From assembly GCA_903929735.1 (NCBI GenBank), contig CAIYVW010000022.1, forward strand, positions 1 through 59,398: a stretch of DNA of 59,398 nt, written 5' to 3'. The notes below the pieces were generated by a model. That model was not told where the DNA came from and made no database searches. It worked only from the letters and a program-made list of their open reading frames with translations. The position numbers were made by a program, and so were the translations under genes. Source of the DNA: an uncultured bacterium. Its GTDB lineage: Bacteria > Patescibacteriota > Minisyncoccia > Phycocordibacterales > UBA9973. This document shows positions 8,728 to 17,941 of this stretch, in pieces (the stretch's first letter is position 1; each line of letters begins with the position of its first letter).

Positions 8728-10167
8728 TTATTCTTTTCTCAAAAATAAAGGGGTTTCAGGCTTCTTGTTGTCGTGAATCAATTGCTTTAGCTTAATACTG
8801 GTCTCTGGCATTAAAGGATTAAGCATTCGGGCAATTGTATATAATTTCAAAACTAAATCAGTAATCATTTCTTTTCCCTTTTCTAAGTCTACTTTCACAA
8901 CTTTGAATGGTTCTGTAATTTGAATAGTTTTGTCTAATTCTGCAATTTTTTCCCAGACAAAGTCAGCGGCTTTTTTCAAATCGAAAGATTCATAAAATGC
9001 AAAATATTCTGTAAAGTCAGATTTTTCAGGAATCTCTGGACACTTATCCAAATACTTTTCAGATAAAGTTAAAATACGTGATGATAAATTACCCAATCCA
9101 TTTGCTAATCCTGAATTATATGCATCCTTAAATCGCTCAATGGTAAAAGGACTATCTTCAAAACTTCCAACTTCACGAAGTAAGAAATAACGAAGAGCAT
9201 CAGTTCCATATTCTTTTACGATATCTCTCGGATCAACAACATTGCCAAGTGTCTTAGACATTCTGATTCCTCCATCAGCTGTAATGAATCCATTGACTAT
9301 TATTTGATGTGAGTTTGGTAAATCAGCTGCCATCAGCATCGCTTGCCACATAGAAGCCTGGAATCGAGTATTATCCTTGCCGCAATACTGAGTTGGATTT
9401 CCACTAACCCAATATTTAGCAAAATCACCATCAATATTTGGCCAACCGAGAGTTGAAATATAATTTACAAGTGCATCAAACCAGACATAAATAACTTGAC
9501 TCTCATCCCCTGGTACTGATATACCCCAAGGCATTTTTTCTTTCAAACGAGATATTGAAAAGTCCTGAAGTCCTCCATTCACAAAATTCTTTATTTCATT
9601 CAATCGAAAGTCAGGAACAACAAAATTTGGATTGTCACTATATAGCTTTAAAAGTCTGTCTCCAAAAGCTGAATACTTAAAGAAATAATTTTCTTCACTA
9701 ATTAATTTTATTTCTAAGCCCGGGTGGAGTGGACATTCACCATTCACGAGCTCACTATCAGTCTTCTCACTCTCACAACCAGCACAATATTTGGCTTCAT
9801 ATTGTTTTTTGTAAATATACCCATTATCAGATACTTTCTTCCAAAAAGCTTGAACTGCAAGTTCGTGACTCTTATCTGTCGTACGGATAAAGTGTATATC
9901 ACCTATAACACCAAACATTTTTAGTTGTTCTTTGAAAGTTTCAAATCCTTGATCGACAAATGCCTGTGTATCAAGTCCTAATTCTTTAGCTTTCTCAAAG
10001 ATTTTAATACCATGTTCATCTGTACCTGTATTGAAATACACACCATAGCCTACGAGTTTTTTATATCTAGCTATCGTATCTGCACGCACAAATTCAAGTG
10101 CGTGACCCATATGAAGCGGAGCATTTACGTAAGGTAATGTAGTTGTAAGATAGAATGTTTTATTCAT
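8728..10167 (-). CDS. metG: Methionyl-tRNA synthetase (short form without the C-terminal tRNA-binding domain)
   Basis: PYVNAPLHMGHALE (HIGH-type), IRMSKTLGN (KMSKS-type) and a Cys-containing knuckle CAGCESE...CPLH. Confidence 0.92.
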   Translation of the reverse strand: MNKTFYLTTTLPYVNAPLHMGHALEFVRADTIARYKKLVGYGVYFNTGTDEHGIKIFEKAKELGLDTQAFVDQGFETFKEQLKMFGVIGDIHFIRTTDKSHELAVQAFWKKVSDNGYIYKKQYEAKYCAGCESEKTDSELVNGECPLHPGLEIKLISEENYFFKYSAFGDRLLKLYSDNPNFVVPDFRLNEIKNFVNGGLQDFSISRLKEKMPWGISVPGDESQVIYVWFDALVNYISTLGWPNIDGDFAKYWVSGNPTQYCGKDNTRFQASMWQAMLMAADLPNSHQIIVNGFITADGGIRMSKTLGNVVDPRDIVKEYGTDALRYFLLREVGSFEDSPFTIERFKDAYNSGLANGLGNLSSRILTLSEKYLDKCPEIPEKSDFTEYFAFYESFDLKKAADFVWEKIAELDKTIQITEPFKVVKVDLEKGKEMITDLVLKLYTIARMLNPLMPETSIKLKQLIHDNKKPETPLFLRKE

Positions 10168-10168
10168 A

Positions 10169-11233
10169 TTAATTATTATTTAAAATCTTTTTCTTTTCTA
10201 TATCATCAAAGAATTCAAGCAAACATACTGCAACAGGAACTGCCAAGAACACACCCCATATACCTGCTAATTCTCCTCCTATCAATACAGACAAAATGAC
10301 TACTAAAGGAGAAATTCCAGTAGCTCTCTTTACTATTAATGGATAGATAAGGTATGTTTCAAACTGACCGAGTATAAGATAGAAACCTAATGTTACTGCT
10401 GAAAGAGCAACACCTCCGTCTAGGTAAGCAAATAAAATTGCAGGTATTGTAGCTATAACTAAACCAAATGGTACAAGCTCGGCTATCATAACGATAAGAG
10501 CTAGAACAAGAGAATACTTCACTCCAATAATAGTAAGCCCTAAATAAGCCAAAACTCCAACTATAATACCCATCAACATTTGGCCCTGAACCCAGAGACC
10601 TATCTTCCTTTCAGTTCTTTGCCATAGTCCAACTAAATATTCTTTATGAACATCTGGAGTAACTATACGCAAGAAACTCTCTATCCCTTTTTCTGTAATA
10701 GAAAGGTAAAAAGAAACAATAAAAATAAGTAATAAATTAAGCATTCCTCCGAAAGCTGAACCGAAAATATCAAAAAATCCACCAGAGAGACTCTTTACTA
10801 AATTTTCTGTGCTTTTAATAACATCTCCTATTGATGCATTCTTTGAAATATTCGAGACTACAGTTTTTGCCCCTGATATGGTATCTGTCTGAAAAGAATT
10901 CAAAATACTATTATCTGGAATGTATTTACCGAGCTGTCCTACAAGGTCTGACATTTCTGAAATAAAAGTAGGAATGAAAACTGAAAGTAAACCTATAATT
11001 AAACCAATAGATAAAAGGTATATCAAAATCACAGAAACTAAACGATTCTTAATATATTTATTCATTTTACCTACAGCATAAGTAACAAATGATGCTATTA
11101 CGATAGAAGTAAGTATAATTAAGATAAGATTAGTTAACTTAAAGAGAGAATAGAATATAAACCCAAATATTATAACCCTAATAATAGTGTCATTAGAGAT
11201 TGAAATACGTATACTTTTATTATGTTCTTGCAT
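10169..11233 (-). CDS. AI-2E family (PerM-like) transporter
   Basis: 354 aa, multi-pass membrane protein with the family-typical layout and a C-terminal segment LVVILSVLIGGELAGIWGVFLAVP. Confidence 0.75.
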   Translation of the reverse strand: MQEHNKSIRISISNDTIIRVIIFGFIFYSLFKLTNLILIILTSIVIASFVTYAVGKMNKYIKNRLVSVILIYLLSIGLIIGLLSVFIPTFISEMSDLVGQLGKYIPDNSILNSFQTDTISGAKTVVSNISKNASIGDVIKSTENLVKSLSGGFFDIFGSAFGGMLNLLLIFIVSFYLSITEKGIESFLRIVTPDVHKEYLVGLWQRTERKIGLWVQGQMLMGIIVGVLAYLGLTIIGVKYSLVLALIVMIAELVPFGLVIATIPAILFAYLDGGVALSAVTLGFYLILGQFETYLIYPLIVKRATGISPLVVILSVLIGGELAGIWGVFLAVPVAVCLLEFFDDIEKKKILNNN

Positions 11234-11266
11234 AATTCTATATTATCACAAAAAGACAATCGGTGC

Positions 11267-12538
11267 CTAGAATTTAAGAATACTCTCAAATTGTGACTTT
11301 TCTTTATAAGGGCCAATAATTGCAAGATTTAAATTATTATCTTTTAAAATTAACTTAGCCATTTTTTGTATATCTTCTGCTGTAATAGCTTTAATTTCTT
11401 TAATTTTTTCTTCTAAGGTTTTTATTTCCTTTTTCATTAATTCCTGACTTCCATAATAGTTTGCAATATCATCTGTGGCTTCAAGTGACATCTTTGTATT
11501 CCCTATTATTAAAGATTTTACTTTTTCTAATTCATTAATACCAACTTTTTCATTAATCAATTTATTACATTCTTTTAATATTTCTTTTATTACCTCTTCT
11601 GTTCTAGAATTATTTACTCCAGCTGAAATTTGGAAAGAACCATGATCCAAAGAAGCTTGATTAAAGGCCCGAACATAATAAGCTACACCCATTTCTTCAC
11701 GAAGTTTTGTAAACAATCTTGAACTCATTCCTGCTCCTAGTACCGCTCCAAGTAAAGAAAAAGCTGTATTCCTCTTATCGAATATATCAAATGTTCTGAC
11801 TCCCAATACAAAATGTGTCTGGTCAGTATCTTTATACTTCACTAATACATTAGGTTTATCTTGAGAATCTTTAGTTTTTGGTTTTTTACCAGTCTTTGTA
11901 ACAGGGACATCCTTAAAATATTTATCTACTTCTTTATAGACTTCATCGTTTGTTATATTACCAGCTACTATAACTACAGTATTCTCTGATACGTAGTGAG
12001 TCTTTTTATATTCCACAAAATTATCTCTAACCATTTTATAAATATTCTCCTTGGATCCCAAAGTGCTTCTTCCTGATGGCTGATCTCCATACAAGACTTC
12101 ACTAAATAGATCTTGAACATGAGAAGCTGGCATATCTTCATACATATTTATCTCTTCAACTATCACTCCTTTTTCTTTTTCCATTTCACTTTCAGGAAAA
12201 GTAGAATTTAAATATATATCAGTTACAACATCAAACATTTGTTTAAAATTTTTAGAATCACCTTTTGCATAATACCCTGTATATTCACTTCCTGTAAAAG
12301 CATTATATTGACAACCTAAAGAATCAAGTTCGTGAGATATAACCTTAGAATTTGGTCTCTTTATGGTGCCTTTAAAACACATATGTTCTAGAAAATGAGA
12401 AATACCATTAATTTCTTTAGGTTCATAATCACTACCAGTTCCTACTAATACAAGTACTGTAACAGTAGGATTGTCTTTCATAGGTACAGTCACTACTCTT
12501 AATCCATTTTTATATGTTTTCTTTTTGGCTTTAATCAT
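11267..12538 (-). CDS. M16-family (pitrilysin/insulinase-like) zinc peptidase
   Basis: Inverted zinc motif HFLEHMCFKGT (HxxEH) near the N-terminus. The 423-aa, two-lobed length is typical of the family. Confidence 0.85.
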   Translation of the reverse strand: MIKAKKKTYKNGLRVVTVPMKDNPTVTVLVLVGTGSDYEPKEINGISHFLEHMCFKGTIKRPNSKVISHELDSLGCQYNAFTGSEYTGYYAKGDSKNFKQMFDVVTDIYLNSTFPESEMEKEKGVIVEEINMYEDMPASHVQDLFSEVLYGDQPSGRSTLGSKENIYKMVRDNFVEYKKTHYVSENTVVIVAGNITNDEVYKEVDKYFKDVPVTKTGKKPKTKDSQDKPNVLVKYKDTDQTHFVLGVRTFDIFDKRNTAFSLLGAVLGAGMSSRLFTKLREEMGVAYYVRAFNQASLDHGSFQISAGVNNSRTEEVIKEILKECNKLINEKVGINELEKVKSLIIGNTKMSLEATDDIANYYGSQELMKKEIKTLEEKIKEIKAITAEDIQKMAKLILKDNNLNLAIIGPYKEKSQFESILKF

Positions 12539-12570
12539 GGTGTGATTTTAGCATATTTTCAATATATAGA

Positions 12571-12616
12571 AAAATAACAAAAATAACCAAGTCATCTTGG
12601 TCATTTTTGTTATTTT
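12571..12616 (-). terminator. Rho-independent terminator after glyQS (21-bp stem, one mismatch)
   Basis: AAAATAACAAAAATAACCAAG / CTTGGTCATTTTTGTTATTTT with a 4-nt loop, starting 2 nt downstream of the glyQS stop. Confidence 0.7.
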
Positions 12617-12617
12617 A

Positions 12618-13994
12618 TTAAAACTTACTTTTTATAAAATTAATAACTTCCTCAATTTTAACTCTATCTTGTTTACCTGTATCACGATCTCGAATAGTAA
12701 CTTCATTATCTGTTAAAGTTTCAAAGTCTATAACTATACACCAAGGTGTTCCTATCTCATCTTGTCTTCTGTAGCGTTTACCAATGTTTCCATTATCATC
12801 CCAAACAACCCAACCAAATTCTTTCTTTAAATCCTTGAAAACATTTTTTGCATAAGTGACAAGTTCTGGTTTATTCTTTAAAAGTGGAGAGACACATGCT
12901 TTATAAGGAGCAATAGAAGGAGGTAATTTCAAATACACTCTTGTATTTTCATCCTCCCCTTCTTCTCTATAAGAAGAACATAAAGTAGCTAAGATTGCTC
13001 TATCTACACTTATAGTAGGCTCTATAACATGAGGTATAAATTTTTCTCCTGTTGCATCATCTAGCATCCACATAGACTCTCCTGAAAATTCTTGATGTCT
13101 TTTTAAATCAAAATCACCTCTGTGCGCTAGGCCTGTGAGTTCTTTTATCCCAAAAGGATATTCGAATTCTAAATCGACTGTCTTTCTACTATAATGAGCT
13201 CTAGCTTGCTCTGGATGTTCTAAAGCATGAAGTCTTGAAGTCTCAATACCTATTTTAGAAAGCCATTCTTTTTGTTCTAAAAGAAAATTATCAAAATAAG
13301 CCTCCCAAGGAGAAGATGGATGAATAAAATATTCAAATTCCATTATTTCAAATTCACGTAATCTGTAAATAAAATCACGTGGAGTTATTTCATTTCTGAA
13401 AGCTTTTCCCACTTGAGCAATACCAAAAGGAACCTTAGGAGATAAAGATTGTAAAACATTTTTAAAATTAACAAACATACTTTGAGCTTCTTCTGGTCGT
13501 AAAAAAGTATGAACAGAAGTTTCTTCTACTGCTCCCATTTTTGTCTCAAGCATAAGATTAAATCTACGAACATCAGAAAAAGAATTACCATCTGGACTTT
13601 TTAATCCAAGTTCTTTAATCTTTTTATCCATTTCATCCACTGTCAATTTCTCGGTATTTATACCTGCATCTTCTAGTAAATGATCCGCTCTGTATCTTTT
13701 CTTTGTTATAAGATCATCTACTAATGGGTCTATAAATTCACTAGTATGTCCTGATGCATCCCAAACTCTTGGATGCATTAAAATAGGAGTATCTATAAGA
13801 TAAATATTTTCCCTACTTCTTACAAAATATTCGATCCATGAATCTTCTATATTCTTTTTTAATAAAGAACCTAATGGACCATAATCATAAGTTCCAGCAA
13901 GACCTCCATATATCTCAGATCCTGGATAGATAAAACCTCTTCTTTTACAAAGTGATATAATCTTCTCCATTAATTTTTCATCTTTTTCTTGCAT
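12618..13994 (-). CDS. glyQS: Glycyl-tRNA synthetase, alpha2 (GlyQS) type
   Basis: Class II aaRS with GGLAGTYDYGPLG and FRNEITPRDFIYRLREFE motifs, plus a C-terminal anticodon-binding domain (GKRYRRQDEIGTPWCI). Confidence 0.92.
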   Translation of the reverse strand: MQEKDEKLMEKIISLCKRRGFIYPGSEIYGGLAGTYDYGPLGSLLKKNIEDSWIEYFVRSRENIYLIDTPILMHPRVWDASGHTSEFIDPLVDDLITKKRYRADHLLEDAGINTEKLTVDEMDKKIKELGLKSPDGNSFSDVRRFNLMLETKMGAVEETSVHTFLRPEEAQSMFVNFKNVLQSLSPKVPFGIAQVGKAFRNEITPRDFIYRLREFEIMEFEYFIHPSSPWEAYFDNFLLEQKEWLSKIGIETSRLHALEHPEQARAHYSRKTVDLEFEYPFGIKELTGLAHRGDFDLKRHQEFSGESMWMLDDATGEKFIPHVIEPTISVDRAILATLCSSYREEGEDENTRVYLKLPPSIAPYKACVSPLLKNKPELVTYAKNVFKDLKKEFGWVVWDDNGNIGKRYRRQDEIGTPWCIVIDFETLTDNEVTIRDRDTGKQDRVKIEEVINFIKSKF

Positions 13995-14019
13995 CTTATT
14001 TTAAAATATTAATTTGTAA

Positions 14020-15891
14020 TTATTGAACAACTCGATCAAAACCAGTTTGGAAATTCGGATCATCTGAAATATCTGTATTAATAGATTGCCTCTTATCTTT
14101 CACTAAAGTACCAGTGAAAACATCAGTACCAGAAAGGAATATTTCTTTCATGAGCTGAGGAACACTTCCTACCTGAGACAAAGATGGATTAAGAGCTATC
14201 GTAAATGAAACTTCTCTATTACTACCTCCACCTATATTTGCCCTAGCCGAACCTATATTCCATATCACCTCATTAGTTACTTGATTAAACTGAATGTTTT
14301 CTGTATGAGAAGAACTACCAATCCATTTAACATAGCCAGGAAGGACAGAACGAGCTACTGCTCCTGATATAGCATTGGTGCCATTCGATAATGTCCAAGT
14401 GACACTATATTGAGTTTCTGATTCTGCTTTAGGAGGAAAAGGACCTGATTTGTATAAAGCTGAAGAAGCTATTTGGAAATTAGATTCTATTTTTACTATT
14501 TTCTTTGAAAAATTATTAACTTCAGTATAAGTAGATCCTAAAGTTGGCTGGCGCCCCTTAATACTTACGTCTAAACCAAGTTGAGGATTTTTGATACTAC
14601 TCTGAGCTCCTAACAAAGGAATAGACTTTAAACTAAAGCTTACTTCACCTTTTCCTCCTGGTTCTATATCAGACAAAGAAGGAGTAGAATTTTTATCCCA
14701 AATAATACGATTGTTTAAAGAATCGAAAAATCCTTCATTTGAAGTAACCAACGATTTATCATAAGCATTTCCACTCAAATTTGCAATAATTTGTCCGTCT
14801 GTGATTCTACTAGATAGATTATTAGCCCAATCTATTTTTACATTTACAGGACTATTGGGAGATGCTGTATCATCGACTAGAATATTTGCTTCTATTATAG
14901 GCTTCACTACAGTAACTGTATGAAGTAGAGAATTATAAACAACATTAATTGTAGACTTATCAGAAGGTTTAACAGTACCAGCATAAACATGGAATACTTG
15001 TTGATCTTGATCTTGTCCTACTATTCTACCAGTAACAACTATAGGAATAGGATTAGATAAATCTAAACCTTCGAGACTCCAAACAGAATTTCCAAAGGAT
15101 GGGGCAGGAACAGCACTTTCAAATATAAAATTATTTGGATATGTAATTTGCATCATTATATTATTATCTGGCAATTTAGTATTTAATGTTGCCATAATTT
15201 TAAATGAAACAGGTTGATTTGAACTTACAGTATCTGGAGCTTCAATAGTTAAAGAAAGGGGGGAAGAACTTATGTTTACTATATATTCTTTACTCTTTGT
15301 AAAAATTGCATTTGATCCTTCTGGATGATAATCTAAATCTATTTTTATACTTCTATTTGACTTTTCATCTCCGAATAAAATTACTTTTATATTTTTAGTT
15401 ACTGTTTCTCCTGGCTTTATTGTACCAATATTCATTCGAGGTAATCTTGTATAATCAGAAGCACTATCACTAGCTCCACTAGGATAAGAGACCATTAGAT
15501 TAGAAAGCTCAAGACTTGCTTTATTATGATTAACTATTTCTATTTGAAGAGGTAGCTCTTCTCCACCTTTAGTAAAAGCATTTCCCATAACAGTTATATC
15601 TATATTATCACTAGAAACTGAAGAACTTCCTGTGTAGAACATATACAAAGCAAAACCAATTGCTATAAAAAAGAATATTATAGAAATAATAAAGAATTTT
15701 TTAAATACTGAAGTTTTAGGTTTTCTCATTTTATTTAGTGAAGATTCTGTCTCGTCTTTTTTTTTCCATTCAACTTCCACCTTATGACCTATTGGATGTA
15801 AAATACCTTCTCTATTTCTGTGTGTTACAGTATCCTCCCTTTCGTAAAGTTTATGTTTTATATCTTCTATTTTATGATTATCTTCTGACAT
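14020..15891 (-). CDS. Hypothetical membrane-anchored protein with a large beta-rich extracytoplasmic region
   Basis: 623 aa. A charged N-terminus, one TM helix (FFIISIIFFFIAIGFALYMFY), then about 530 aa rich in S/T/N/V with repeated beta-sandwich-like periodicity. No family recognised. Confidence 0.5.
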   Translation of the reverse strand: MSEDNHKIEDIKHKLYEREDTVTHRNREGILHPIGHKVEVEWKKKDETESSLNKMRKPKTSVFKKFFIISIIFFFIAIGFALYMFYTGSSSVSSDNIDITVMGNAFTKGGEELPLQIEIVNHNKASLELSNLMVSYPSGASDSASDYTRLPRMNIGTIKPGETVTKNIKVILFGDEKSNRSIKIDLDYHPEGSNAIFTKSKEYIVNISSSPLSLTIEAPDTVSSNQPVSFKIMATLNTKLPDNNIMMQITYPNNFIFESAVPAPSFGNSVWSLEGLDLSNPIPIVVTGRIVGQDQDQQVFHVYAGTVKPSDKSTINVVYNSLLHTVTVVKPIIEANILVDDTASPNSPVNVKIDWANNLSSRITDGQIIANLSGNAYDKSLVTSNEGFFDSLNNRIIWDKNSTPSLSDIEPGGKGEVSFSLKSIPLLGAQSSIKNPQLGLDVSIKGRQPTLGSTYTEVNNFSKKIVKIESNFQIASSALYKSGPFPPKAESETQYSVTWTLSNGTNAISGAVARSVLPGYVKWIGSSSHTENIQFNQVTNEVIWNIGSARANIGGGSNREVSFTIALNPSLSQVGSVPQLMKEIFLSGTDVFTGTLVKDKRQSINTDISDDPNFQTGFDRVVQ

Positions 15892-15914
15892 GGGTTTTAT
15901 TATACCATAAATGA

Positions 15915-16499
15915 TTAAAGTTGACTCTCATTTATAGCTTTATTAATATGGGATATTATTGACCTTTTTTCTTTTAATAATAATTCTGTTCTATTCAAAT
16001 CTATAGAACCTCCAAGATAATCTGATAACTTTAAAGAGTCCCCGATGTAACCTAATGAATTCATTATTCGTAATACTAAATGTAATTCAAGAGCTTCCCT
16101 CGCAGAAGATTCTATATTCATATCATCAAGCAAATAAAGCACTTGGGTAAAATCATCAAATATTTTTTCATTGGATTCCTCTCCGTCACAAAGTCTTTCT
16201 AGAAGAGAGCTTACATGAACAATAATAAGCAAAGAACTTCTAGAAGTTCTAGCAAAAGGAAAAGAAGAAATATTCTTAGCTGAAGTTACTCTCCATATAT
16301 CTTTTCCTCTGACTAAGTCTATAGTGGCATATGAAAAATCCTGTAAAGAAAAGCGTAACTTAGATTTATGCAATCTTATTCCTTGAACCATGGCACGCAC
16401 AAGACCCATCTCACGAGTATAAATAGTGAGCATTTTATTGGCTTCTCCTTTATTGCGAGAGCCCAATATAAATCCATGAGTGTGATAAATATGGTGCAT
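15915..16499 (-). CDS. recO: DNA repair protein RecO (short form)
   Basis: N-terminal OB-fold pattern GFILGSRNKGEANKMLTIYTREMGLVRAMVQGIRLHKSKL. At 194 aa it is shorter than the typical RecO. Confidence 0.65.
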   Translation of the reverse strand: MHHIYHTHGFILGSRNKGEANKMLTIYTREMGLVRAMVQGIRLHKSKLRFSLQDFSYATIDLVRGKDIWRVTSAKNISSFPFARTSRSSLLIIVHVSSLLERLCDGEESNEKIFDDFTQVLYLLDDMNIESSAREALELHLVLRIMNSLGYIGDSLKLSDYLGGSIDLNRTELLLKEKRSIISHINKAINESQL

Positions 16500-16508
16500 A
16501 AATAATTA

Positions 16509-17321
16509 TTAATTTTTCATATTTTTACCTAATTTTCTAAATGATCCCTTCCCGTAAGTTTTTTCAATTAATCTAGCTATTGGTAAAAGATTTCCATTTA
16601 TATCTGCTTCAAAAAATAACTTTTTTATTTTTTCCTTCGAATTAAAACTATCTTTATTTTTTTCCAATAAATCATCAGAAAATTCTTCAAATAAATCAAG
16701 GAGTTTAATTCTGGGCGAATCAAAAATATATTCTTCCACTTCTTGTTTATCAAAAAGGTTTGAGTTCTTAATTTTTTCTTCAAAAAATTTTCTACAAAAA
16801 TAATCATTTAATGTTTCATTAATTAAATTAAAATATTTTTCTCCATTAATAAAAACAGTGACACCAGACCTACGATTTACATAATAGCCTTCTTCATCTA
16901 GATTAATTGATGAAAAATCTTTAAGATGATATAGCTCATGAAATAATCTTAGTGAAAAAATAACATCATTTGGATTTCTGTCTACAATAAATGCACCATT
17001 TTGTAAACTAGCAGAACCCTCGAAGGCCACTCCCTTTGTAAGATTTTTCACTCCTTCAACAGGCATAATATGGATATTTTCATATTTGATTTCATTTATA
17101 TTTTCTCTAAAATTTAAAAGATATTCATCTAAACTTTTTTGAGAAAAATCTATTAGTTGCTTATCTCTAGGTGTCTTTTCTAGTTCTCCTTCTACTTTTT
17201 CTATGCCAAGATCAGACAATACAGATACAGTATTCTCTTTGTCTGTATTATTACCTACAACTCTATCTATATGTCCAATTTTGGATAATTTTTCCATGCT
17301 ATATTTCTTCTTCCTTACCAA
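16509..17321 (-). CDS. Hypothetical protein with an HExxH motif (possible zinc metallopeptidase)
   Basis: LFHELYHLKDF contains HELYH; no other family signature. The start overlaps the upstream gene by 23 nt. The alternative start at Met9 (17297) removes the overlap. Confidence 0.5.
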   Translation of the reverse strand: MVRKKKYSMEKLSKIGHIDRVVGNNTDKENTVSVLSDLGIEKVEGELEKTPRDKQLIDFSQKSLDEYLLNFRENINEIKYENIHIMPVEGVKNLTKGVAFEGSASLQNGAFIVDRNPNDVIFSLRLFHELYHLKDFSSINLDEEGYYVNRRSGVTVFINGEKYFNLINETLNDYFCRKFFEEKIKNSNLFDKQEVEEYIFDSPRIKLLDLFEEFSDDLLEKNKDSFNSKEKIKKLFFEADINGNLLPIARLIEKTYGKGSFRKLGKNMKN

Positions 17322-17937
17322 TTTCTAACTTTTTAAATAAAATATTATCTTCTTTTAAAATCATCTCTGGTATCTTCCATGCAAAAGAAGCAAAATCTTG
17401 CAATATAGCATCATGCACGGGGAAACAAATCCTTGGTCTTATATTCTTCGCATATTCTATTGCATCTTTCAATTTCATCCATGGTCCAACAACTGGTAAT
17501 GCTAAAATATCTACATTCAAATCAGGATAATGAAAAGAATCTCCTCCGTAACATAGACTATCTACCATGTATCCGGTATTTTGAACTTTACCAAAGTCTT
17601 CATATATTTCTGCGTGATTATCACCAAAAGCAACTATATTAACTCCTTCTATATGATACTTATCACCTTCTTCAACTTTTATATATGGAATATTATTAGT
17701 ATCAAGAATCTTTCCTACTGAAGTATTTGTTATCACTATTGCTCTTGGATTATTCTTTAAAACATCTTTCAGGGATTCTACATGTAAGTGATCTTGGTGC
17801 TCATGAGTAATAATAATAGCATTAATATTCTTCTCTCCTACTTGAAGCATAGAAAAAGACCCTGGATCAGTCATAATTCTAATACCATTCTTTGGTTCCA
17901 TCACGAAGCAACAATGTCCTAGCTTTTTAATCTTCAT
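17299..17937 (-). CDS. MBL-fold metallo-hydrolase
   Basis: Motif IIITHEHQDHLH (HxHxDH) and downstream His/Asp ligands. Starts 4 nt after the ileS stop. Confidence 0.75.
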   Translation of the reverse strand: MKIKKLGHCCFVMEPKNGIRIMTDPGSFSMLQVGEKNINAIIITHEHQDHLHVESLKDVLKNNPRAIVITNTSVGKILDTNNIPYIKVEEGDKYHIEGVNIVAFGDNHAEIYEDFGKVQNTGYMVDSLCYGGDSFHYPDLNVDILALPVVGPWMKLKDAIEYAKNIRPRICFPVHDAILQDFASFAWKIPEMILKEDNILFKKLEIGKEEEI

Positions 17938-17941
17938 TCTT

